From: an uncultured Desulfarculaceae bacterium
GTDB taxonomy: Bacteria > Desulfobacterota > Desulfocorpusculales > Desulfocorpusculum
Direction: 5' to 3'
DNA: 64,000 bases
Assembly (NCBI GenBank): GCA_964514105.1
Contig: CAZEPJ010000010.1
Location: forward strand, 12,242 to 76,241
The stretch's first letter is position 1. Every line of letters starts with the position of its first letter. The notes beneath the pieces are model-generated. The model was given only the letters and a program-made list of their open reading frames with translations, was not told the origin of the DNA and did no database searches. Positions 9,756 to 18,140 of the stretch are shown here, one piece after another. The position numbers and the translations under genes are program-made.

Positions 9756-10616
9756 TCAATGGGCCCGCTTGCCCAACAGCCCCCTCGGGCGGATCACCAG
9801 GACCACGATGATCGCCACCAAATAGACCATGTCGGGGTAGTTGGCCGATATGAGCCGGCTCACGACGGTCTCGGAATACCCCAAGAGCATGCCCGCGATG
9901 ATGGCCCCTTCCACGCTCCCCAGCCCCCCGATGATGACCACGGCGAAGGCCTTGAACAGGGGGAAGGCCCACATGTTGGGCACCGCCTCGAGGATGGGGG
10001 CGATGAGCACCCCGGCCACGGCGGCCAGCGCCGCCGAGATGCCCATGGTGATCAGATAGACCCGCTCCGTCTGGATCCCCACCAGCACGGCCGCATCCAC
10101 GTTCTGGGCCACGGCAGAGATGGACTTCCCCGTCCGCGTCCTGTGGATGAACAACCAGAGCATGACGACCAGAATGCCCGATACCAGGAATGTCAGGAGC
10201 TTCTGGTACGACACCAGGATGTCTCCGATGAGGACCTCACCCTCGATGAAGTTCTTGACCGCCTTGCCGTGCGGGCCGAAGAAGGCGTACATGAGTTCCT
10301 GAAAGAAGAGGGCGAAGGCCAGGGTGATGATGAGCACGTACACGTGGCGTTCCCGCATGGGCCGGATGCAGAAGCGGTCGATGACCATGCCCACGCCGGC
10401 CGTGCCCGCAACGGCCAGGGCCGCGGACAGAGGGACGTTGATCCCCAGGACGGACATGAAGGTGTAGCCCAAATACGCCCCCAGCATGTAGAACGCCCCA
10501 TGGGAGAGGTTGATGATCCCGGCCACGCCGAAGATCAGGGTGAACCCCACGGATATGAGGGTGTACAGGGCCCCCCAGATGGTCCCCAGCACGAGGATGT
10601 CGACAAATGTGGTCAT
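9756..10616 (-). CDS. ABC permease (LivH-like)
   Basis: GFTLIFGVAGIINLSHG, TGKSISAVAQN, IIGGLGS, RPRGLLG. Confidence 0.9.
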   Translation of the reverse strand: MTTFVDILVLGTIWGALYTLISVGFTLIFGVAGIINLSHGAFYMLGAYLGYTFMSVLGINVPLSAALAVAGTAGVGMVIDRFCIRPMRERHVYVLIITLAFALFFQELMYAFFGPHGKAVKNFIEGEVLIGDILVSYQKLLTFLVSGILVVMLWLFIHRTRTGKSISAVAQNVDAAVLVGIQTERVYLITMGISAALAAVAGVLIAPILEAVPNMWAFPLFKAFAVVIIGGLGSVEGAIIAGMLLGYSETVVSRLISANYPDMVYLVAIIVVLVIRPRGLLGKRAH

Positions 10617-10700
10617 CGCGCCTCCCTTCGGAACGGGGGCCTGGCCGCCGGCCGTGCACCACGGGCGGCTGAATTCCGCTTCGTCACACTCGGGTTCGTG

Positions 10701-10777
10701 ACCCCATCCCCACGCCTCCCTTTGCACAAGAGGGAACAAGTACGCCCCCTTGCCTGCAAGGGGCAGGGGGATGGGGT
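10701..10777. repeat. Bipartite palindromic REP-like element
   Basis: Perfect 11-bp terminal inverted repeat ACCCCATCCCC (10701-10711) / GGGGATGGGGT (10767-10777) enclosing two internal hairpins, CTCCCTTTGCACAAGAGGGA and CCCCTTGCCTGCAAGGGG. Confidence 0.6.
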
Positions 10778-10788
10778 GTAACCCGCCG

Positions 10789-12024
10789 CTACTTCTTCAC
10801 CCAGGGCGGAGGCACGTAGGGGCCGGTCTTGAACTGATCCGGCCACACGACCACCTGCTTTCCCCCTTCCTGCCACTGGACCATGGGCATGACATACCTT
10901 CCCTCCAGGAGGTCGTGGGACTCCTTGTCGAAGCCGATCTCGGGGTGCAGGACGCCCTTGTACTTGATGTCCTCCAACCCCGCGATGATGTCATCCGACT
11001 TGAGGGACTTCTTCTGCTTGATGACCTCGGCCAGCATGTAGACCGTGTCGTAGGTGAACCCGGTGGTGTACACGGGGTTCGTGCCGAACTGCTTGACGTA
11101 CTTGTCCCACATGGGGATGGTCTTGTCGGTGAGCGGCGCCCGGGCGATGAAGTTGTACGTGATCTCCCCCAGACACTTGCCGCCCGTCATCTCCCAGTAC
11201 TTGGAGTCCATGCCCTGGACGTTGCACAACCCCATTTCCGCGGCCTGGCTGTCCTGCCACGCCTTGGAGATGGTGATGCTTGCCGCATGGCTGACGATCT
11301 GGGCGATCCACTGGGCGCCCTTCCCCTTGATGGCCGCGAAGGTGGGGGAGAAATCCTTCACGTCCACGTCGAACATCTCATAGAAGACCACCTCGAGGCC
11401 GGCAGCCTCCAGATCCTTCTTGAGGTTGGGGCCGTACTCGTGGACCCACTTGGTGTTCTCGGCCAGGATGGCGAACTTCTTGTACCCCAGCTGCTTGTGG
11501 ACGAACTCGGTGAGGAACTTGGCCGCCCACTTCTGCTGCCGGATGTCCGAGTTGATCATGTTGCGGAAGAAGTACTTGTACTTGGCGTAGTCCTTCTTGA
11601 CGGCGTTGGTGAGGTCGATGGAGGCCGTTCCCGTGGCCACGTACACGATCTTGTACTGGGGCAGGAAAGGCTGTATGGCCAGGGCCACGCCGCTGGAGTA
11701 CGCCCCCACGAGCACGTCGACCTTGTCCTCCAGCACGAGCTTCTTCATGGCCGTGATGCCCTTCTCGGGCTTGCCCTCGGTGTCGCCCACGACGATCTCG
11801 ATCTTCTTGCCGTGGATGCCCCCCGCGGCGTTGATCTCCTCGGCGGCCATCTTGGCCGCATTGTGGATCCCCTGCCCCTGGGGGAGCTGAACCGGACCCA
11901 GGGAACCGATTCGGATGGTCTCGGCCTTGGCGAAATCCCGGTCGACGGCCAAGGCATGGCCCCCAGCCATGGAGAAAACCATGAGCCCACAGACGACGAT
12001 CCAGCCCAATGCCCTTGCCTTCAT
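10789..12024 (-). CDS. ABC substrate-binding protein (Liv-type)
   Basis: Signal peptide, IRIGSLGP, GDTEGKPE, VLVGAYSSG. Confidence 0.9.
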   Translation of the reverse strand: MKARALGWIVVCGLMVFSMAGGHALAVDRDFAKAETIRIGSLGPVQLPQGQGIHNAAKMAAEEINAAGGIHGKKIEIVVGDTEGKPEKGITAMKKLVLEDKVDVLVGAYSSGVALAIQPFLPQYKIVYVATGTASIDLTNAVKKDYAKYKYFFRNMINSDIRQQKWAAKFLTEFVHKQLGYKKFAILAENTKWVHEYGPNLKKDLEAAGLEVVFYEMFDVDVKDFSPTFAAIKGKGAQWIAQIVSHAASITISKAWQDSQAAEMGLCNVQGMDSKYWEMTGGKCLGEITYNFIARAPLTDKTIPMWDKYVKQFGTNPVYTTGFTYDTVYMLAEVIKQKKSLKSDDIIAGLEDIKYKGVLHPEIGFDKESHDLLEGRYVMPMVQWQEGGKQVVVWPDQFKTGPYVPPPWVKK

Positions 12025-12164
12025 GAGCGCACCTCCTGACGGTTAGAAGCGGTTGTCCGACTCGGCACTGCCTGGGCCCCATGGCCCCCACGCTTCGCTC
12101 GACGCCTTCCCATCACCCCCTTTTCCCCTCGGATCTCTCCTCCCGGGCTGCCTCCGCCCCTTGC

Positions 12165-12923
12165 TCACCAGGCCATCCACCCTCCGTCCACGCACAGGAC
12201 CGCGCCGTGGACATAGTCCGACGCGGGAGAGGCCAGGAACAGAACGGCCCCCGCCAGGTCTTGGGGCCTGCCCCAGCGCCCGGCCGGGATCCTGGCCGTG
12301 ATGGCCTGGAAGCGAACGGGGTCTCGCTGCAGCGCCTCGGTGAAACCGGTCTCGAAGAAGCCCGGGGCCACGGCGTTGACGTTGATCCCCTTGCCCGCCC
12401 AGTCGTTGGCCAGGGCCTTGGTCAGCCCTGCGATGCCGTGCTTGGAGGCGGCGTAGGCCGCGACGTTCATCCCCCCCTGGAAGGCCAGGACCGAGGCGAT
12501 GTTGATGATCTTGCCCCGCCCGTTGCCCACCATGACGCGGGCTGCGGCCTGGCACAGGAGAAAGGCCGCGGTGAGGTCGATCTCCAAGGTGGCGTCCCAG
12601 TCGGCCTCGGGATAGTCCAAGGCCGGGGACCGGCGAATGATCCCGGAGTTGTTGACCAGGATGTCCAGGCCGCCCATGGCCTCGGCCACGGCCGGGACCA
12701 CCCGCCGCGTCTGCTCCCGCACCGTGAGATCCGCCGCACGGTGCAGGTACCGCCTCCCCAAGGCCCGGACGGACCGCTCCACTCCGGCACGGGGCGTTCG
12801 GCTGACCACGGCGACGTCCGCCCCCGCCTCGGCCAGGGCCACGGCCACGGCCCTGCCCAGGCCGCTGGTGCCGCCCGTGACCAGGGCCACCTTTCCCTCC
12901 ACGCGGAATGCATCCAGGATCAT
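12165..12923 (-). CDS. kduD: 2-dehydro-3-deoxy-D-gluconate 5-dehydrogenase-like SDR
   Basis: MILDAFRVEGKVALVTG, IIRR, INIASVLAFQGG, YAASK, LANDWA.KGINVNA.APG, IPAGRWG, VDGGW: closely follows the KduD pattern; substrate not proven. Confidence 0.75.
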   Translation of the reverse strand: MILDAFRVEGKVALVTGGTSGLGRAVAVALAEAGADVAVVSRTPRAGVERSVRALGRRYLHRAADLTVREQTRRVVPAVAEAMGGLDILVNNSGIIRRSPALDYPEADWDATLEIDLTAAFLLCQAAARVMVGNGRGKIINIASVLAFQGGMNVAAYAASKHGIAGLTKALANDWAGKGINVNAVAPGFFETGFTEALQRDPVRFQAITARIPAGRWGRPQDLAGAVLFLASPASDYVHGAVLCVDGGWMAW

Positions 12924-13103
12924 GGCCGCCTCTTCCATGGAAGACCGTGCCCCCGCTCACCCCGCACAGCACAACGGGGTATTGGGAGCGGCGATCCCGC
13001 ATCGCTTCCCATCGAATTCGCATTCCTCTATCACGGGCGGGCATGGGATTTCAAGCCTCCCCGTCCCGTCCCGCGCCCGGAGCCGGGGCCGTCGTCCTCA
13101 GAT

Positions 13104-14831
13104 TCAACGGCGGGGGGGGATGTGAATGGCCTCTTTGCTCCAGTCCAGGGCCGCCTCCATCACCGCTTCGGACAAGGTCGGATGCCCCTTGACCACCCCT
13201 CCCAGGTCTTCCACGGTCGCCTCCAGCCCCATTGCCAGGAGCCCCTCGCCCATGAGGTCCGTCGCATGCTCCCCCAGGATGTGGAGGCCCAGGATGCGCC
13301 CCAGACTCGCCTCGGCGATGATCTTGACGAACCCATCGGGCTCCCCCATGGCCATGGCCTTTCCGCTGCTGCCATACGGGAACCTGCCCACCCGCACGTC
13401 GAGCCCCCCGGCCCGGGCGTCCCGCTCCCTCAGCCCCACCGAGGCCACCTCCGGGAAGGTGTAGATGCAGCTCGGGATCCGATGGTAGTCCATCTCCCGG
13501 CACCGGCCCCGAGCGTTCTCCACGGCCACGATCCCCTCGGCCGAGGCGGCGTGGGCCAGCATCATCCCTCCCACGACGTCCCCCACGGCGTAGATCCCCT
13601 CGACGCAGGTCTCCATGCGCGCGTTGACCCGGACGAATCCCCTCTCCAGGGCAACGCCGATCCGCTCGAGGCCCAACCCTTCGGTGACGGGGACCCGGCC
13701 GGCCGCCACCAGGAGCCGATCCCCGGAGGCCCGATCCGCTTTTCCCGACGCGTCCCGGAAGGTCACCCCAACGCGCTTCCCCACGGCCTCCGCCCCAACC
13801 ACCTCCACCGCGGTGACGATCTCGATGCCCCGCCTGGCCAATAGCAGGGTCAGGGCGCGGATGACCTCGTCGTCCTCGCCTGCGGCGATGGTGGGGAGCA
13901 TCTCAAGCACGGTCACCTTGGATCCCAGCGCGTTGAAGATGCAGGCGAATTCCAGCCCGACGACGCCGCCGCCGATGACGATCAGATCGCGGGGGATCTG
14001 CTGGATCTCCAGGATCTGGTCGCTGGAAAGCACGCGCCTTCCGTCCACGGCCACCCCGGGGATGGCCGCGGGTCTGGAGCCCGTTGCCAGGATGATCGAA
14101 CCTGCCCGATACGATCCCGGCTCATCCCCCCCGGCGACCCGGATGGCGCCGGCCTCGACCACAGACGCCTCTCCCCGCACGAGCCGCACGCCGTTGGTCT
14201 GGAGCAGTTTGGCCACGCCCCGGGTCATGGCCCGGACCACGTCGTCCTTGCGGGCCACCATGCGCCTGAGATCAACCCGCAGGGCGTCTCCTCCCTCGTA
14301 CACCGATGACGAGCGGACCTTGAGGAGGGGCTTGACGTCGGACAGGAAGCACTTGGTGGGGATGCACCCCCGGTTGAGGCAGGTCCCCCCCAGGCGCTCC
14401 TTTTCCACGACGAGGACTTTGGCGCCCAGCTGGGCAGCCCGGATGGCCGCCACGTATCCCCCCACCCCGGCGCCCACGACGGCCACGTCATACGCCCCCT
14501 CTCCCCGGGGGGGCGCCGCGGCGCTTCCCGCCGGAGGAGGGGCGGTCGCCGACGAGGCGCCCTCGGCGGCGGGAAGCGCGGCCAGGGATTCCCCCTCGTG
14601 CAGGATGACCCCCACCACCGTCAGCACCGGGATCTCCACGCCCTCGGGCACCAGGATCCTCCCCAGTGTGCCCGAGGCCGGCGACTCCACCTCGGTGGTG
14701 ACCTTGTCCGCCTCCACCTCGAAGAGGGGCTCCCCCTTGACAACGGGGTCCCCCTCCTTCTTGAACCACTTGAGGATGGCCCCCTTCTCCACGGTGATGC
14801 CCAGCATGGGAAACACGACTTCCGTCGCCAT
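13104..14831 (-). CDS. lpdA: Dihydrolipoyl dehydrogenase (E3) with N-terminal lipoyl domain
   Basis: Lipoyl domain EVEADKVTTEVESPASG; FAD GAGVGG; redox disulfide GGTCLNRGCIP; NAD GGGVVG; HPTLSE. Confidence 0.93.
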   Translation of the reverse strand: MATEVVFPMLGITVEKGAILKWFKKEGDPVVKGEPLFEVEADKVTTEVESPASGTLGRILVPEGVEIPVLTVVGVILHEGESLAALPAAEGASSATAPPPAGSAAAPPRGEGAYDVAVVGAGVGGYVAAIRAAQLGAKVLVVEKERLGGTCLNRGCIPTKCFLSDVKPLLKVRSSSVYEGGDALRVDLRRMVARKDDVVRAMTRGVAKLLQTNGVRLVRGEASVVEAGAIRVAGGDEPGSYRAGSIILATGSRPAAIPGVAVDGRRVLSSDQILEIQQIPRDLIVIGGGVVGLEFACIFNALGSKVTVLEMLPTIAAGEDDEVIRALTLLLARRGIEIVTAVEVVGAEAVGKRVGVTFRDASGKADRASGDRLLVAAGRVPVTEGLGLERIGVALERGFVRVNARMETCVEGIYAVGDVVGGMMLAHAASAEGIVAVENARGRCREMDYHRIPSCIYTFPEVASVGLRERDARAGGLDVRVGRFPYGSSGKAMAMGEPDGFVKIIAEASLGRILGLHILGEHATDLMGEGLLAMGLEATVEDLGGVVKGHPTLSEAVMEAALDWSKEAIHIPPRR

Positions 14832-14856
14832 GGCAAGCCTCGGGTTCGGTCGATCT

Positions 14857-15891
14857 TCAGACCTGCAGAAAGGCGTACGCCGGGTTCTCCAGCCTCCCCT
14901 TGAAGGCCTGAAGGAAGGCGGCGGCCAGGGTCCCGTCGATGATCCGATGGTCCACCGAGAGGCCGAAGCAGGTCACGGGTTTGGTCCGGACCTGCCCGTC
15001 CACCAGGGCCAACCGCTCCTCCATCTTCCCCACCGACAAGATGCCGCTCTGGGGCGGGTTGAGGATGGCGGTGAAGCAGGTGATGTCGAACTGGGCGAGG
15101 CTCGACACCGTGAATGTGCCCCGCTCCATCTCCTCCAGGGTGAGCCGCCCGGCCCGGGCCCGCTCCACCAGGTCGGCCCGCGCGCGGGCGCTCTGGGCCA
15201 GGCCCAGCTCGTCGGTGCGGCGGATGGCGGGGACCAGGAGCCCCTCCTCGGATGCCACGGCAAGACCCACGTTGATCTCGGGGTGGACCACCGCCGACTC
15301 TCCGTCCACCCGGGCGTTGAGCAGGGGGAACTCCCGGATGGTGAGTGCCGCGGCCTTGAGGATGAAGTCGTTGAGGGAGACCCGCACCCCGTGGTCCCGC
15401 TCCAGCGCCGCCATCACGTCCGACCGAAGAGCCAGCAGCCGTCCCATTTCCACGTCGGTGAAGAAGTAGATGTGGGGGGCGGTGAAGGCGCTCTCGCTCA
15501 TGCGCCTGGCGATGGCCCGGCGCATGCGGCTCATGGGGATGGTCTGGCCCAACCCCACACCGCCCCAAGCGCTGCGGGGCGGGCGGGGGGAGGCCGCCTC
15601 GGTCCTTGCCCCGGATGGGACGTCCCGCAGAAAGACGCGCCCCCCCGGGCCGCTTCCCGGCACGCCCTCCAGGGAGATGCCCTCCCCATGAGCGAACCGC
15701 ATGGCCAGGCTGGTGGGCCGAAGGGGAGACGGGCCCGCGTCCCCTCTCCGGGGAAGCAGCGGTGCGTGCACACGGGCCTGCACGTCCCGCAGCAGTATGC
15801 TTCCGCCGGGACCCGAGCCTCGGAGCTCCGCCAGATCGACGCCGTGGGTTTTCGCCAGTTTCCTGGCCGCAGGCATGGCTCGAATGATCAT
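14857..15891 (-). CDS. Dihydrolipoamide acyltransferase (E2) lacking a lipoyl domain, with two E3/E1-binding domains
   Basis: Two PSBD repeats (AARKLA..HGVDL..L.GSGPGGSI...DV and LAMRFA...GISL..VPGSGPGGRV...DV); catalytic DHRIIDG; GGAGGAGG RBS before ATG. Confidence 0.9.
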   Translation of the reverse strand: MIIRAMPAARKLAKTHGVDLAELRGSGPGGSILLRDVQARVHAPLLPRRGDAGPSPLRPTSLAMRFAHGEGISLEGVPGSGPGGRVFLRDVPSGARTEAASPRPPRSAWGGVGLGQTIPMSRMRRAIARRMSESAFTAPHIYFFTDVEMGRLLALRSDVMAALERDHGVRVSLNDFILKAAALTIREFPLLNARVDGESAVVHPEINVGLAVASEEGLLVPAIRRTDELGLAQSARARADLVERARAGRLTLEEMERGTFTVSSLAQFDITCFTAILNPPQSGILSVGKMEERLALVDGQVRTKPVTCFGLSVDHRIIDGTLAAAFLQAFKGRLENPAYAFLQV

Positions 15892-15919
15892 GGCTCCTCC
15901 TCCGATCCCCTCCGGGCCT

Positions 15920-16900
15920 TCACGCGTAGGCCATGACGCGCCGCACCGCCTCCAGGACGTCCTCCTCGTCGGGGATGTAGGCCTTTTCCAGGGGCGGGCT
16001 GAAGGGCACGGGGGTGTCCGGCGAGCAGACCCTCGCCACCGGCGCGACCAGGCTGTCCAGGGCCTCTTCCGCGACCAAGGCCGAGATCTCGGCCGCCACG
16101 CCCGCCGTCAGGTGCCCCTCGTCAGCCACGATCAGCCGACCCGTCTTCCGCACGGAGCTCAGGATCGCCTCCTTGTCCAGGGGCGTCAGCGTCCTGGGAT
16201 CGACCACCTCCATCTCCACCCCTTCCTTCTCCATGTCCGCGGCCACCTTGAGGGTCCTGAGGACCATGGCGTGGGTGGCCACCACGGTGACGTCGCGCCC
16301 GGCCCGTTTGACCTCCGCCTGTCCGAAGGGAATGGTGTAGTAGTCCTCCGGCACCGGGCCCTTCTCCACGTAGAGCTTCTTGTGCTCGACGAAGACCACG
16401 GGGTTGTCGTTCCGAATGGCCTCGATCATGAGCCCCTTGGCGTCGTACGGCGTGGAGGGCGTGGCCACCAGGAGACCGGGGATGTGCATGAACAGGGCAT
16501 GGAAGCTCTGGGAGTGCTGAGCTGCCGCCCCACGGCCGGCCCCGATATTGACGCGCAGGACCATGGGGACCTTCCCCCGGCCTCCGAACATGTAGTGGAT
16601 CTTGGCCATCTGGTTCACGATCATGTCCATGCACACCGTTGTGAAGTCGATGAACATGATCTCCACCACGGGCCGCAGGCCGGTCAGCGCCGCTCCCACC
16701 CCGGCACCCACGAACGCGGCCTCGGAGATCGGCGTGTCCATGACGCGCTGGGGACCGAATTCCTGCAGCAGCCCGGCCGTGACCTGGAAGATCCCCCCGT
16801 ACCGGCCGATGTCCTCCCCCATGAGGAGGATGCGCTCGTCCCTGGACATGCTCTGCCGCAGGGCTTCGTTGATGGCCTGCGCATAGGTCAGCTCTCTCAT
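15920..16900 (-). CDS. TPP-dependent dehydrogenase E1 beta subunit (AcoB/PdhB-like)
   Basis: MRELTYAQAI, GEDIG, DTPISEAAF, EIMFIDF, AAQHSQS, DPRTL. Confidence 0.92.
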   Translation of the reverse strand: MRELTYAQAINEALRQSMSRDERILLMGEDIGRYGGIFQVTAGLLQEFGPQRVMDTPISEAAFVGAGVGAALTGLRPVVEIMFIDFTTVCMDMIVNQMAKIHYMFGGRGKVPMVLRVNIGAGRGAAAQHSQSFHALFMHIPGLLVATPSTPYDAKGLMIEAIRNDNPVVFVEHKKLYVEKGPVPEDYYTIPFGQAEVKRAGRDVTVVATHAMVLRTLKVAADMEKEGVEMEVVDPRTLTPLDKEAILSSVRKTGRLIVADEGHLTAGVAAEISALVAEEALDSLVAPVARVCSPDTPVPFSPPLEKAYIPDEEDVLEAVRRVMAYA

Positions 16901-16911
16901 GGTATCTCCCT

Positions 16912-17886
16912 TCATGCCGGGACGTGCACGTCCTCGAACATCTCCTGCAGCCCGGGAAACGGGCTTTCCTGGGCGAAACGAACGGCCTCGTCCAGCTCCT
17001 CGACCAGGGCCCTGTCCACCTGGGCCAGCCTCTTTCGGGTCACGAGCTTTTCCCCCAGCAGGCGCGCCTCGAGCCGCTTGATGGGGCATCGGGCCTTCCA
17101 TTCGTCGATCTCCTCGCGGGTCCGATAGCGTGCCCCCTGGTTGGGGTCACCCTCGTGGTGACCCCGCCAGCGGTAGGTCTTGCACTCCATGAGCGTAGGC
17201 CCCTCTCCGGCCCGGGCCCTCCGCACGGCCTTGACCGCGGCCTCACGGACGTCCAGCACATCGTTGCCGTCGACAACCACTCCCGGAATGTCGTAGCTCG
17301 TGGCCCGGATGGCGATGTCCTGGATCGGCTGGTGCATCTGCTGGTGCACGGAGATGCCGTACCGGTTGTTCTCACACACGAAGATCACCGGCAGTCTGTG
17401 CAGGGCGGCGAAATTGAGGCTCTCGTGAAAGGTCCCGTTGTTGGACGAACCATCGCCGAAGAAACTCGCCACCACCTGGTCGCTCTTTCGATACTTGGCC
17501 GACAGCCCGGCGCCCACGGCCAGGGGAAGGCCCCCTCCGGCGATTCCGTTGGCGCCCAGGATCCCGATGTCCATATCGGCGATATGCATGGAGCCTCCCT
17601 TCCCCTTGCAGTATCCTGTGCGCTTGCCAAAGAGCTCGGCCATCATGTACCTGAGCTCCGCCCCCTTGGCGATCACGTGCCCGTGGCCCCGGTGGGTGCT
17701 GGTGATGTAGTCGTCATGGCGGAGGGCGGCGCAGACGCCCGCGGCCACCGCTTCCTCGCCCACGTACAGGTGGGCCAGTCCCGGGACCTCTCCCCGGGCG
17801 TACAGATCCTGGATCCTCTCCTCGAACAGCCGGATCTTGAGCATCGTGGTATAGAGACCGAGAAGCTGCGCCTTGCTGGGGGCCAT
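16912..17886 (-). CDS. TPP-dependent dehydrogenase E1 alpha subunit (AcoA/PdhA-like)
   Basis: STHRGHGH, KGKGGSMH, TPP motif GDGSSNNGTFHESLN, TYRWRGH. Confidence 0.92.
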   Translation of the reverse strand: MAPSKAQLLGLYTTMLKIRLFEERIQDLYARGEVPGLAHLYVGEEAVAAGVCAALRHDDYITSTHRGHGHVIAKGAELRYMMAELFGKRTGYCKGKGGSMHIADMDIGILGANGIAGGGLPLAVGAGLSAKYRKSDQVVASFFGDGSSNNGTFHESLNFAALHRLPVIFVCENNRYGISVHQQMHQPIQDIAIRATSYDIPGVVVDGNDVLDVREAAVKAVRRARAGEGPTLMECKTYRWRGHHEGDPNQGARYRTREEIDEWKARCPIKRLEARLLGEKLVTRKRLAQVDRALVEELDEAVRFAQESPFPGLQEMFEDVHVPA

Positions 17887-17961
17887 GGCTCTCCTCCGGG
17901 GACCGAGCAGGGAAGTGGGCGGCCTGCGTCCGGCGAGTCGGACCGACCTGTCCGTGTCGTC

Positions 17962-17977
17962 AGCAATCTTCATGCCA
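17962..17977 (-). promoter_or_regulatory. Sigma54 (-24/-12) promoter of the dehydrogenase operon
   Basis: Minus strand TGGCATGAAGATTGCT matches TGGCAC-N5-TTGCW with exact spacing, about 75 nt upstream of E1 alpha. Confidence 0.85.
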
Positions 17978-18075
17978 GAGGGAGATCCCTGGTACGAGGC
18001 AGGCAAACCGTGCGCAGATGGCCGAGTCGCGTCCATTGCCGGGGAAAAGGGGGGCTCGGGCCACAGGGCCCGATC

Positions 18076-18111
18076 TGTCCCAATATGAAACGAATGTAGC
18101 GAAACGAAACG
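18076..18111. promoter_or_regulatory. Tandem putative enhancer (UAS) sites for the AcoR-like activator
   Basis: TGTCCCAATATGAAACG (18076-18092) and TGTAGCGAAACGAAACG (18095-18111), about 100-130 bp upstream of the sigma54 promoter. Confidence 0.6.
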
Positions 18112-18140
18112 GTTTCCTGGAGGGAGACCCGGGGCAAGGA

